From Candidatus Poseidoniales archaeon (GTDB taxonomy: Archaea; Thermoplasmatota; Poseidoniia; Poseidoniales; Poseidoniaceae): a DNA stretch of 64,000 nucleotides. The stretch spans positions 17,577-81,576 of the forward strand of contig JAYNJV010000004.1 of NCBI GenBank assembly GCA_038110525.1, written 5' to 3'. The position numbers and the translations under genes are program-made. Below are positions 33,143-42,137 of this stretch, piece by piece (position 1 is the stretch's first letter; each line of letters begins with the position of its first letter). A model generated the notes under the pieces. That model saw nothing but the letters and a program-made list of their open reading frames with translations. It was not told where the DNA came from and searched no databases.

Positions 33143-35935
33143 TTGAGTGGGGGATACAAGCAACAACCATCGGGCGTTCGAACCGATGGCAAAAGAAAAG
33201 CGGGAAAACTCGTTTTCCCTCCGCCAGGAAGCGGAGGTAGCGACCCTCACATGAAAGAACGTGACCTCGACTTCATTCCTGAATCGGTCGGTGGTCGAGA
33301 ACCACAACCAGCAGGTTCTCACATCCACGATCGAGCGAGAACAGGCACATCGGTGGGCAAAGCAACTGCACTGGTTGATTCCAATGCAAAAGTCACGGGA
33401 CAAGCATGGTACGGCGATGATGTTCGATTACCAAATGAATGCATTGGGAAGATTTTGCGCTCACCTCACCATTATGCTCGAATTAAATCCATTGACACCA
33501 CAAAAGTCGAAGCACTTCCTGGTGTGCTCGCTGTTGCAACAGGAAAAGATGCACCGCAATCCTTCGGTGTTCTTCCTGTCACCAAAGATGAACATGCCAT
33601 GGCTCAAGACAAGGTTCGCCACGTGGGTGACCTTGTTGCTTGTGTCGCAGCGGTGGATGAAGCAACGGCGATTCAGGCACTTTCGCTTTTTGAGGTCGAA
33701 TGGGAGGAACTTGAACCTATTTTTGACCCAAAGAAAGGTCTTGAAGACCATGATGAACCAATCCATTGGAGAGGCAAATATCACCTTGAATCAACCAATG
33801 TGCAGAAGCGTGTCTATCAGGAATTCGGAGATAGGAGCCTCGTTGAAAATCCTCAGGCATCCTCTCATGGGAAATGGAGTATGGAAGGCGTTCATCACGG
33901 CTTTACCGAGCCTCATGCTGTGGTGGCCCACTGGGACCCAAACGGCAGATTGCAACTCTACACTCCTCAACAAGTCCCGCATTATACTCACAGGGCATTA
34001 GCAACTGTGCTTGAAGTGCCGATGCACCAAATCAACGTCATTCGTACCTTTGTAGGTGGAGGCTTCGGCGGAAAATCCGACCCGTTCCCACATGAAATGT
34101 GTGCTGCTATTTTGGCACGAAAATCGGGCCGACCTGTTCGCATTACCTTCGACCGTGAAGAAGTGTATTGGATTAATCGTGGCCGCCATCCAAGTCATAT
34201 CGAAGTAGGCATGACATCAGATGATGACGGCCGCATAACTGGATTCGACATTGATGCCCTCATTGACGGTGGCGGTTTCGCCTCATTTGGCCACGTGACG
34301 TCATATTACAATGGAGTTCTTGCTACTGCACCTTACGAGCTCGGTTCATTTCATTACACAGGTGCGCGGGTATGGACCAATAAACCCGCATCTGGCGCTA
34401 TGCGTGGCCACGGGGCGGTCAACACTCGTTGTGCTGTTGAGGCAGGACTCGATGAATTGGCTGAACAACTCCAAGTCGACCCCATCACCTTGCGATGTGC
34501 CAATTTGTTACCGCCTCATAGTCGAACCATCACCGGATTTAGAATTACTTCAAATGGCATGAGACAGGCTCTGCAAGAAGTTCGGAAGCAATCTGACTGG
34601 GATACTAAATTTCGTCAATTGCCCCTCGGAAAAGGCATCGGTGTTGGATGCGGCTTTTTCATTTCAGGTTCAGGTCTTCCTATTCACTGGGACCCAAACA
34701 AATTCCCACATGCTACTGTTCATATTCAAGTTGATATGGATGGTGGTGTAACTGTCCACACTGGTGCTGCAGACATAGGACAAGGGTCGACCACCGCAGT
34801 TGCCCAAGTGGTTTCAGAAGTTCTTGGTTTACCAATCTCTATGATTCATGTCCGTAGTCATGAAAGTGATACGAGTCCAGTGGACCTCGGTTCGTATTCA
34901 AGCCGTGTCACATTCATGAATGCCAATGCTGCCATACGAGCTGCAATGGAAATTCGAGACCAATTGCTGAAAGCGGCATGGGATATACTTGGATATCATC
35001 CAAATGTGCTCGTGATTAATGATCGACGAATCTACTACACCCACGACCCTGCAGTTGGTATATCATACCTTGAAGCACTTCACAAAGCCCAAGAAGACAA
35101 AGGCGCACTCATAGCCTCAGGCTCATACCGTTCTCCTCCGATGGGGGGCGTTCACAAAGGCGCTGCGGCTGGCCTTGCACCTGCATATTCATTCTCAGCT
35201 TATGTTGCCGAAGTGGATGTTGATGTTGAAACTGGCTTGATTCGATGCACAAATGTATGGGCGGCACATGATTGTGGAAAGGCCCTCAATCCACTTGCTG
35301 TCAAAGGTCAAATCATTGGTTCTTGCCACATGGGACTCGGTCAAGTCTTGTCCGAAAAGATGGTGTATGGTCGAACAGGACATCTTCAAAATGCAAATTT
35401 ACTCGAATACAAGATTCCATCTGTCCACGAGATGCCTCATGTTGAACCAATCATCATTGAATCTTGCGACCCTGAAGGTCCGTTTGGTGCTAAGGAAGCT
35501 GGAGAGGGCCCACTTCTCCCAATTCTCCCAGCGGTTGTCAATGCAGTCTATGATGCGATTGGAATTCGTTATCGAGACCTTCCTCTCACGCCAGATGTTG
35601 TGTATCAGGGCATTGAAAAGGCAATGAAGAAGGATAGTATTGATGACCCTCTTGACTTACCTTCCCCTCGACTTCAGCACTCAGCGATGCAAAATGTATT
35701 GGAGCAACGTGCCCAAGAACACGAGGTTCGAGACAAGAAACGCCAAACTTCTGAGGATACTGATGCTTATGTGAATGGTGTATTGTTTGGATTTGATCCA
35801 AACATTCCTCTCGATCAGCAAGCAGAAGGATGGAGAGAGGCGACTGAGCCTGAACCAGAGCAGTTAGCGGCTTTAGGGCTGGCAGGCAAGGCTTGGTTGA
35901 AGAAAGAACAACGACAAATGGAGGATGGGAACTAA
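33143..35935 (+). CDS. Mo-hydroxylase large (molybdopterin-binding) subunit, xanthine dehydrogenase/aldehyde oxidoreductase family
   Basis: KVTGQAWYGDD hammerhead start, FVGGGFGGKS, SGAMRGHGAVNT, GQGSTTAVAQ, and a catalytic-Glu region GAKEAGEGP. No AYRCSFR/AYRGAGR CODH loop. N-terminal start uncertain (TTG 33143 or ATG 33251). About 140-aa charged C-terminal extension. Confidence 0.9.
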   Translation: MSGGYKQQPSGVRTDGKRKAGKLVFPPPGSGGSDPHMKERDLDFIPESVGGREPQPAGSHIHDRARTGTSVGKATALVDSNAKVTGQAWYGDDVRLPNECIGKILRSPHHYARIKSIDTTKVEALPGVLAVATGKDAPQSFGVLPVTKDEHAMAQDKVRHVGDLVACVAAVDEATAIQALSLFEVEWEELEPIFDPKKGLEDHDEPIHWRGKYHLESTNVQKRVYQEFGDRSLVENPQASSHGKWSMEGVHHGFTEPHAVVAHWDPNGRLQLYTPQQVPHYTHRALATVLEVPMHQINVIRTFVGGGFGGKSDPFPHEMCAAILARKSGRPVRITFDREEVYWINRGRHPSHIEVGMTSDDDGRITGFDIDALIDGGGFASFGHVTSYYNGVLATAPYELGSFHYTGARVWTNKPASGAMRGHGAVNTRCAVEAGLDELAEQLQVDPITLRCANLLPPHSRTITGFRITSNGMRQALQEVRKQSDWDTKFRQLPLGKGIGVGCGFFISGSGLPIHWDPNKFPHATVHIQVDMDGGVTVHTGAADIGQGSTTAVAQVVSEVLGLPISMIHVRSHESDTSPVDLGSYSSRVTFMNANAAIRAAMEIRDQLLKAAWDILGYHPNVLVINDRRIYYTHDPAVGISYLEALHKAQEDKGALIASGSYRSPPMGGVHKGAAAGLAPAYSFSAYVAEVDVDVETGLIRCTNVWAAHDCGKALNPLAVKGQIIGSCHMGLGQVLSEKMVYGRTGHLQNANLLEYKIPSVHEMPHVEPIIIESCDPEGPFGAKEAGEGPLLPILPAVVNAVYDAIGIRYRDLPLTPDVVYQGIEKAMKKDSIDDPLDLPSPRLQHSAMQNVLEQRAQEHEVRDKKRQTSEDTDAYVNGVLFGFDPNIPLDQQAEGWREATEPEPEQLAALGLAGKAWLKKEQRQMEDGN

Positions 35936-36912
35936 TGCTCATGCCACCGTGTGAATTACATCATCCCCAAACCATAGAGGAAGCCATGGCATTGGCACGA
36001 GACCTCAATGGACGAGGAGAAGCCTTCGATTGGGTTGCCGGCGGCACCGATATCATTCCAAATTACAAGTGGAGAATTAATCCGAAGCCCCATATCATCT
36101 CTCTTGCCTCTGTCGAGGGTGCAACGCTACTCACATCCACAACCATCGGTTGTATGGTAAGAATTTCTGACGTCGAACATTCGAATGTCGTCCATCCATT
36201 ACTTCGTCAAGCGGCTTCAAAAATCGCATCCTCACTTATTCGAAAAAGTGCTACGATTGGTGGAAATCTTTGCTTAGATACCAGATGTTTTTGGTACAAT
36301 CAAGGCGAAGATTGGCGACGTTCAATTGACTGGTGCCACAAGGCTGATTGTGGTACTGGGGCAGATTGCCGAGTGATACCGAATCAAAACACGCTTTGTG
36401 TTGCTACATACCAAGGTGATTTGGCACCAAATTTGATGGTGCTTGATGCCGAAGTTGTTTTGGTTGGTCCGAATGGCGAGCGAAGAATGCTCCTCTCTGA
36501 TTTTTTTATGCTGGATGGAATGAAGAAAAATGTCCTTGAACAAGGAGAATTACTGTGGCAAGTCATCGTTCCAGAAACCTCGATAGACAAGGTCGGATCT
36601 TATCAAAAATTGCGAGTTCGTGAGTCTTGGGATTTCCCTGAAGCGGGAATTGCATCTGCTTGGCTTCCCGGTGATTATTCTTCACTTCGAGTCGCCAGCA
36701 CTGCGTTAGAATCCATCCCTCGGCTTCATTCGGACCTTGTGGAACAGCACCTACTTCAGAACAATGGAATCGAATTCTCCGTGTTTTCTGATGAAATGTA
36801 CAAGGAGATAAAACCAGTCAATAACACAGCATTGCCACCTCGATACCGTAGGTCTATGATTCGAACCTTGACCAAAAGGTCATTGAAACTTACAATAGGG
36901 GATGGGATATGA
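35935..36912 (+). CDS. Mo-hydroxylase medium (FAD-binding) subunit
   Basis: CoxM-like FAD_binding_5 pattern (AGGTDIIPNYK, ATIGGNLC). TAATG overlap with the large-subunit stop codon. Confidence 0.8.
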   Translation: MLMPPCELHHPQTIEEAMALARDLNGRGEAFDWVAGGTDIIPNYKWRINPKPHIISLASVEGATLLTSTTIGCMVRISDVEHSNVVHPLLRQAASKIASSLIRKSATIGGNLCLDTRCFWYNQGEDWRRSIDWCHKADCGTGADCRVIPNQNTLCVATYQGDLAPNLMVLDAEVVLVGPNGERRMLLSDFFMLDGMKKNVLEQGELLWQVIVPETSIDKVGSYQKLRVRESWDFPEAGIASAWLPGDYSSLRVASTALESIPRLHSDLVEQHLLQNNGIEFSVFSDEMYKEIKPVNNTALPPRYRRSMIRTLTKRSLKLTIGDGI

Positions 36913-37838
36913 GTCAGAAAATATTGCTATCAATTCTATTTCTGCTTCCTATGTTATGTCCTATTCAAGCACAATTTCCCGGGGGCTCTTGGGAATTTGG
37001 ATGGGAGACAGACATGGATACAACGTATGTGTTGAATCTTGAAGACGATTGGGATTTACAAGACTCAATCGAATTCTTTGTTGACAATCAGCAAAGCACG
37101 ACATTGAATTTAGAAATTGAATATGACTTTGATGATGATTTGGCCATTGAAATTGACGGTCCAGAAAGTGTATCTGTACCTGCCAATACCAATGAAACAT
37201 TTGAAATTACAATTACTGGGAAAACTGAAGAAGAAATCCGTTCCTTTGGTGCTGATACGTCAATGGACATCGTCGTTCGGGCAAGGCAAACAGCAGGTTC
37301 AACGGATGTTCGAACTGAAGAAATCGATGGAGCAATGAAATTTCCAAGAATTCTCAAACTAAAACCGACGTTGAACGAACCTACTGATGAATTGTTTGCA
37401 GGTTCAAGTGTGCAAGCCATCCTCCTTGTTGAAAACGAAGGAAATGCTAACGATGCAATCTCCTCTGCAGAGGCGTCCATTCGAAACTGTCCTCATCTTT
37501 CTGTTAACAAATTAGAAACATTGGAAAATCAAGTCATCGAACCGACGGGTGTGAATGGTGGTGTTGGTTCCACGTTTGAACTGCGAGTCGAAGCTTCTTC
37601 AAGCCACCAAGAGCGAATATGTGATGTAACAGTGACCATTTATTCAGAAGGTGCTCAAACTTCTCATTCCTCAACGATTTCAGTTCAAGTAAAGGCTCCA
37701 ACCACAAACACCGATAAACCTGTTTTTGAGGACGACACAACCACAAATTCAGAAGACAATACATCCTTACCCTGGATATCATCTTTTGAGTTCATCATGG
37801 TCTTCCTTTTCGCATCGATTTTCGTTCGAAAACATTGA
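36909..37838 (+). CDS. secreted protein with a C-terminal membrane anchor, unknown function
   Basis: Signal peptide MSQKILLSILFLLPMLCPIQA. Acidic, beta-rich body. Thr-rich linker, then SLPWISSFEFIMVFLFASIFVRKH. ATGA overlap with the FAD-subunit gene. Confidence 0.5.
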   Translation: MSQKILLSILFLLPMLCPIQAQFPGGSWEFGWETDMDTTYVLNLEDDWDLQDSIEFFVDNQQSTTLNLEIEYDFDDDLAIEIDGPESVSVPANTNETFEITITGKTEEEIRSFGADTSMDIVVRARQTAGSTDVRTEEIDGAMKFPRILKLKPTLNEPTDELFAGSSVQAILLVENEGNANDAISSAEASIRNCPHLSVNKLETLENQVIEPTGVNGGVGSTFELRVEASSSHQERICDVTVTIYSEGAQTSHSSTISVQVKAPTTNTDKPVFEDDTTTNSEDNTSLPWISSFEFIMVFLFASIFVRKH

Positions 37839-37846
37839 AATTGTTA

Positions 37847-37852
37847 TTTTTT
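37847..37852 (+). terminator. oligo-T tract (possible archaeal terminator)
   Basis: T6 run 9 nt after the stop codon at 37836-37838, followed by a 158-nt AT-rich intergenic region. Confidence 0.25.
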
Positions 37853-37996
37853 GGCTGATTTCAAATTCGAATTTCAAATTTTTGTATTTTGATTTCATGA
37901 CGGAATCCTCCTCAAAAACACACAAAGGGGGTGAACACAGTAAGGTAATCATTATGAGTGGAGCGATGTTCCGAAGGTTGATAAGAGGGGAGTGCC

Positions 37997-39604
37997 ATGT
38001 CAGAAGAACAAACATCTAAACTAAGCCTTGAGGCTTGGCTGATGATAGGTTTTGTTGTTTCCCTTCTCCTCTCAACCACAATCATTGCAATCGTATCTGC
38101 AGGAAAAGATACAGTCTTCTCGCCATACGATACAGAAAAAGAATACGCGAATCAACAACTTACAGAAATGAGGTCGGATTTGGGTGAGGGCGAAACAAAT
38201 TCCAAAGACCCCCTCAATGGCCTTGGTTTCACGATTGCCAACACGATGTCAACTCCTATGCTCGTGAATGATTGGAAAGACCCTCATCGAACCCTCCTCA
38301 TAATCGCTGCACCTGAAAAACCATTTGATGCTGCAGAAGCAGCAGCGATTCATTCCTTCGTCACCGAGAAAGGCGGAAAGGTCATTCTCGCATCAAACTC
38401 AACAAATGCACAATTGGTTGCCGAAGAATTTGGGGTTAAGTATTTCGACGCCCCAGTCAAAGAAGATGAAACAACGGGAAGGTACTACGAAGTCACCGAT
38501 AAGGACGACGCTCGAATTAGCCCAGACACAAGAAAAATTTGGTCCGTTGCTTCCGTGAATCAAGACGTACGAACTATGGGCAACGGATACAACAATCCAT
38601 GTGAAACGACTGATGTTCAAGCTAGGGAAATAAACCAATGTCGAATGCCAGTCCTTTTCCACCGACCTACTGCCATTCAGGTGCTTGATGAGCAAGAAGA
38701 CACCAATAGAAATGTCATGGTTCTTGCTCACGCTTCAACCTCTGCAGAGATTCTCATGGGTCAAGGCTCAGACAATCCAACACTTGGTGAAGGTGAAACA
38801 GGCCTCATTGTCCGAATTGATTACCCCGTTCAAGGCGTCTTGGATGAAAAGCCAAACAACGATTACGGGGAAATTGACGTCACAGGATCAATCGTTTTCG
38901 TTTCCGACCACTCCGTTCTTGCGAATCATTTGTGGAGCCAAGATATTGCTGAAGCAACAGGTAAGCAACAATGCACATCACAATTGTATGTTGACCACGC
39001 TCATACATGCTGGAACTCTGATTCCGAGGGATTGTACAATTCCCAAGGAGATACCACTTGGAATGGTAATTCGCTATTTTTCACTGCATTGATACTCGAC
39101 ATGATGGAGCTTGACAATACGCAAATGTCGACAACAGTCACCAGTTATTACGAGAATTTCAACGTGGTTTTCGATGAGAGCAGACACGTTTCGTCGGCCT
39201 TATCCATGCCGTTTACTGAAGCAATGGGAGCCATTGTCTTGCTCACAAGCGATGCTGTATTGAAATGGCTCATCATTCTCAATTTATTCGCTCTTCTGGC
39301 CATTGCAATCATGGTCGTACCAGAAAAAGAAAATTGGCGACATGTCTTTGACTTGACGCGATTTAGAGAACGCCCAAACAAGGTTGATGCATCGATGTAT
39401 CAGCAAAGAGTTCGAAATGCGTTCTTATCCAAAGTGAGGCAATTTAACGACCTCACCCGAGAAGAATTTGCTCGGAAAACACCTGCAGAAGTTATGCAAC
39501 TTGTGCGAGATCCACGACTGATTGAACTTGTGAGTTCAAACAGAGCCTACTCCAATGATGAATTAAGGGAGCTTATCCCACAAATACGTCGTTGGGGAAA
39601 ATAA
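37997..39604 (+). CDS. membrane protein upstream of MoxR (possibly DUF4350-like)
   Basis: N-terminal TM helix, large extracytoplasmic domain, second TM near residue 420, cytoplasmic helical tail. Position directly upstream of moxR-DUF58 matches the DUF4350 slot in such operons. Family assignment is from memory of that architecture only. Confidence 0.35.
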   Translation: MSEEQTSKLSLEAWLMIGFVVSLLLSTTIIAIVSAGKDTVFSPYDTEKEYANQQLTEMRSDLGEGETNSKDPLNGLGFTIANTMSTPMLVNDWKDPHRTLLIIAAPEKPFDAAEAAAIHSFVTEKGGKVILASNSTNAQLVAEEFGVKYFDAPVKEDETTGRYYEVTDKDDARISPDTRKIWSVASVNQDVRTMGNGYNNPCETTDVQAREINQCRMPVLFHRPTAIQVLDEQEDTNRNVMVLAHASTSAEILMGQGSDNPTLGEGETGLIVRIDYPVQGVLDEKPNNDYGEIDVTGSIVFVSDHSVLANHLWSQDIAEATGKQQCTSQLYVDHAHTCWNSDSEGLYNSQGDTTWNGNSLFFTALILDMMELDNTQMSTTVTSYYENFNVVFDESRHVSSALSMPFTEAMGAIVLLTSDAVLKWLIILNLFALLAIAIMVVPEKENWRHVFDLTRFRERPNKVDASMYQQRVRNAFLSKVRQFNDLTREEFARKTPAEVMQLVRDPRLIELVSSNRAYSNDELRELIPQIRRWGK

Positions 39605-39625
39605 ACAAAAAAGGAGGAAAAAAGA

Positions 39626-40777
39626 ATGCAACCTAACCCAGCAGCCCCGCCAGCGCCACCTGCACCTGCGGCTCCTGCAGCACCTGCGGCACCTATGCCA
39701 GCAGCCCCTGCAGCACCAATGCCAGCAGCAGCACCTGCACCTGCACCTGCGGCACCTATGCCAGCAGCAGCACCTGCAGCACCGGCAGCGCCGGCCCAGC
39801 CCAAACACCAAAGCAGCCCAGAAGTACGAGAACGCCTGAAAGCCGTCGGAGCAATCGCACAAGCGATTGCCGCTGAAGTTCAGAAGGTGATTATTGGTAA
39901 GCCACACGTCATTGACAATGTGCTCATCAATATCTTATCGAACGGCAATCTTCTGTTTGAAGATTATCCCGGTCTCGCTAAGACGTTGATGACAAACACA
40001 TTCGCCGATGCACTCGGTTGTGACTTCAAGCGTGTACAATTCACGCCTGACTTGTTACCAGCAGATATCACCGGTACGAACATCTATGACGCAAAGAAGG
40101 GAGAATTTACCTTCAAACCAGGTCCATTGTTCTGTAACCTACTTCTTGCTGACGAAATTAACCGTGCACCGCCGAAGACACAAGCTGCATTGCTTGAAGC
40201 TATGCAAGAAAAGCAAGTAACTATCGGTACTGTGACACACAAATTGCCAGCACCATTTATTGTTATGGCAACACAGAACCCAGTCGAGCAAGAAGGTACA
40301 TATCCGCTACCTGAAGCTCAATTGGACCGTTTCATGTTCAAGATGTCCGTCGGTTACCCAGACCGTGCTGATGAAGATGAAATCCTTGCCCGACGTATTA
40401 ACCGTGGAAAGGATGCAGTTGATGTCGATGTCATAACTGACCCACAAAGAGTCATTGCAATGCAACAAGCATGCGAAGACATTTACGTGGACCCAGCAAT
40501 TCGAATGTACATGGTTGAAGTTGTTGCAAGAACCAGAGAAGACCCACGTGTACTCGTTGGTTCATCCCCTCGTGGTTCGCAAGCACTTTTGAAGACTTCA
40601 AGAGCAGCAGCAGCAATGCGAGGACGAGACTTCGTCACACCCGACGATGTCAAATCCGTGGCAGAACTTGCAATCGCTCACAGAATTATTCTCAAGCCAG
40701 AACATCAAATCAAGGGTCTCGAAGCGGGCGAAGTGATTCAAGCAATCCTTCGCGAGGTACCAGTACCAACCGTTTGA
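39626..40777 (+). CDS. moxR: MoxR-family AAA+ ATPase with a Pro/Ala-rich N-terminal extension
   Basis: AAA_3 blocks LLFEDYPGLAKT (Walker A variant), RVQFTPDLLPADITG, LLADEINRAPPKTQAALLEAMQE (Walker B), and ATQNPVEQEGTYPLPEAQLDRF. Strong SD AGGAGG upstream. Confidence 0.9.
   Translation: MQPNPAAPPAPPAPAAPAAPAAPMPAAPAAPMPAAAPAPAPAAPMPAAAPAAPAAPAQPKHQSSPEVRERLKAVGAIAQAIAAEVQKVIIGKPHVIDNVLINILSNGNLLFEDYPGLAKTLMTNTFADALGCDFKRVQFTPDLLPADITGTNIYDAKKGEFTFKPGPLFCNLLLADEINRAPPKTQAALLEAMQEKQVTIGTVTHKLPAPFIVMATQNPVEQEGTYPLPEAQLDRFMFKMSVGYPDRADEDEILARRINRGKDAVDVDVITDPQRVIAMQQACEDIYVDPAIRMYMVEVVARTREDPRVLVGSSPRGSQALLKTSRAAAAMRGRDFVTPDDVKSVAELAIAHRIILKPEHQIKGLEAGEVIQAILREVPVPTV
39632..39800 (+). repeat. 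coding low-complexity Pro/Ala repeat (AAPAAPMPA-like units)
   Basis: PNPAAPPAPPAPAAPAAPAAPMPAAPAAPMPAAAPAPAPAAPMPAAAPAAPAAPAQP. At DNA level there are reiterated gcacctgcggcacctatgccagcagc units. Confidence 0.9.
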
Positions 40778-40810
40778 GATTCAACTTGAAAATTAACCGG
40801 AGGCATTGTG

Positions 40811-42124
40811 ATGTGGAGTCGTAAGTCAGCCATGCTTGGAAGCCTAGCAGTTGCTATGTATTTGCTTGGTCTTACACTCCGAAATTCCCAACTCGTCACC
40901 ATTGCAGTGGTCATTTTCGTGTTCCTTACATGGGCTGCAATTTTTGGAGGACACGCAGATGTGGCATCATCTGGTCGACGAGCAGACGAATGGTCTGGAG
41001 AAGAAGGAGTAGCATTAGGCAACGTTGTAGCGATGAGAAAAATTTCCTCAGCTCGTCTCTTTGAAGATGGTGAACTAAACGTTACCCTTCGTATGCAGAA
41101 TACATCATCTCTTGCCAAAATTTTGGAAGTTCGAGACCGAGTTCCAGAAGTGATGCGTATCAAAGAAGGTGCAAATTACATTCTCATGGAATTGGGTCCT
41201 CGCCGAGAAACATACATCGAATATACTGTTGAATGTCCACTTCGAGGTTTTTACAGCCTTGGACCTGTTGCTGTCCGAATGCAAGATCCGTTTGGAATGT
41301 TCCACAAGGAGAAAGAACTCCATGTGTACAATGATTTCCTCGTCTTCCCAAAGATGGAAGACCTCAAAGAAACCTTTGTCAAATCAAGAGTTCCAAAAAT
41401 CTTCACTGGTGCCGTCAACATCCGTCAACCGGGACCAGGTTCAGAATTTTATTCTCTTCGCGAATATTTCGAAGGTGACTCCTTTAGGGCTATCAACTGG
41501 TCGGCGTACGCACGATCTGGAAAACTCATGGTCAATGAGCGTGAACGTGATGCGGTTTCTGATATCATCATCATCATCGATTCGAGGGCGGTTGCTGAAA
41601 CCGGTCCTGTGAGTCGAAACGCACTCGTGTATTCAACTCGGGCTGCTGCGTCCTTGGCAAAATATTTCCTTTCTCGAAGAGACTCAGTAGGTATTATCGT
41701 GTATGGCGACGAAGTGGTGAGCGTTGACCGAGACACTGGAAAGAAGCAGTTGTATGTGATTCTCACAAAGTTAGCTGGAGCAGTAGCACGTGGAAATATA
41801 CCTCTTCAAGTTGTCGTCAATAGAATTCTGCCTCACATCAACAAAGGAAGTCCAATCATCTTCCTTTCCAATCTCGAAGATGACCCAACCATTGTCAATG
41901 CACTTCGAGACTTCAGAGCAAGAAATTTCGATGTCACAGTCTTGTCACCATCTTCTCTTGAATTCGAATTCGACGCAAAGCGACTTGATCGGACCGGCTA
42001 TGAAGTCATGAAAACCGAACGCGATGTGTTGATTGGTGAACTCCGTGGACTTGGTGTGAACATAATGGATTGGGAGCCAGATATGCTCCTTTCAACTGCC
42101 TTAGCAGGTGCGAGAGGTTTCTAA
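40811..42124 (+). CDS. DUF58 (vWA-like) protein, MoxR partner
   Basis: Two N-terminal TM helices. Hallmark block FYSLREYFEGDSFRAINWSAYARSGKLMVNERE, then IIIIIDSR (MIDAS-like region). Confidence 0.8.
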   Translation: MWSRKSAMLGSLAVAMYLLGLTLRNSQLVTIAVVIFVFLTWAAIFGGHADVASSGRRADEWSGEEGVALGNVVAMRKISSARLFEDGELNVTLRMQNTSSLAKILEVRDRVPEVMRIKEGANYILMELGPRRETYIEYTVECPLRGFYSLGPVAVRMQDPFGMFHKEKELHVYNDFLVFPKMEDLKETFVKSRVPKIFTGAVNIRQPGPGSEFYSLREYFEGDSFRAINWSAYARSGKLMVNERERDAVSDIIIIIDSRAVAETGPVSRNALVYSTRAAASLAKYFLSRRDSVGIIVYGDEVVSVDRDTGKKQLYVILTKLAGAVARGNIPLQVVVNRILPHINKGSPIIFLSNLEDDPTIVNALRDFRARNFDVTVLSPSSLEFEFDAKRLDRTGYEVMKTERDVLIGELRGLGVNIMDWEPDMLLSTALAGARGF

Positions 42125-42137
42125 AGAGGTGACTGTG

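Noticed and set aside
33261-34001. 246-aa alternative-frame ORF inside the Mo-hydroxylase large subunit gene
   Set aside because: It is fully nested in a strongly supported CDS in another frame and has no recognisable motifs.
32534-36912. Calling the three-subunit Mo enzyme an aerobic CO dehydrogenase (CoxSML)
   Set aside because: The large subunit lacks the AYRCSFR (form I) and AYRGAGR (form II) active-site loops, so only the generic xanthine dehydrogenase-family call is supportable.
39547-39907. Minus-strand ORFs encoding Gly/Ala-rich (85 aa) and Cys/Arg/Trp-rich (114 aa) products
   Set aside because: They are mirror images of the Pro/Ala-repeat coding region of moxR. Low-complexity sequence keeps the antisense frames open, and there is no independent signal.
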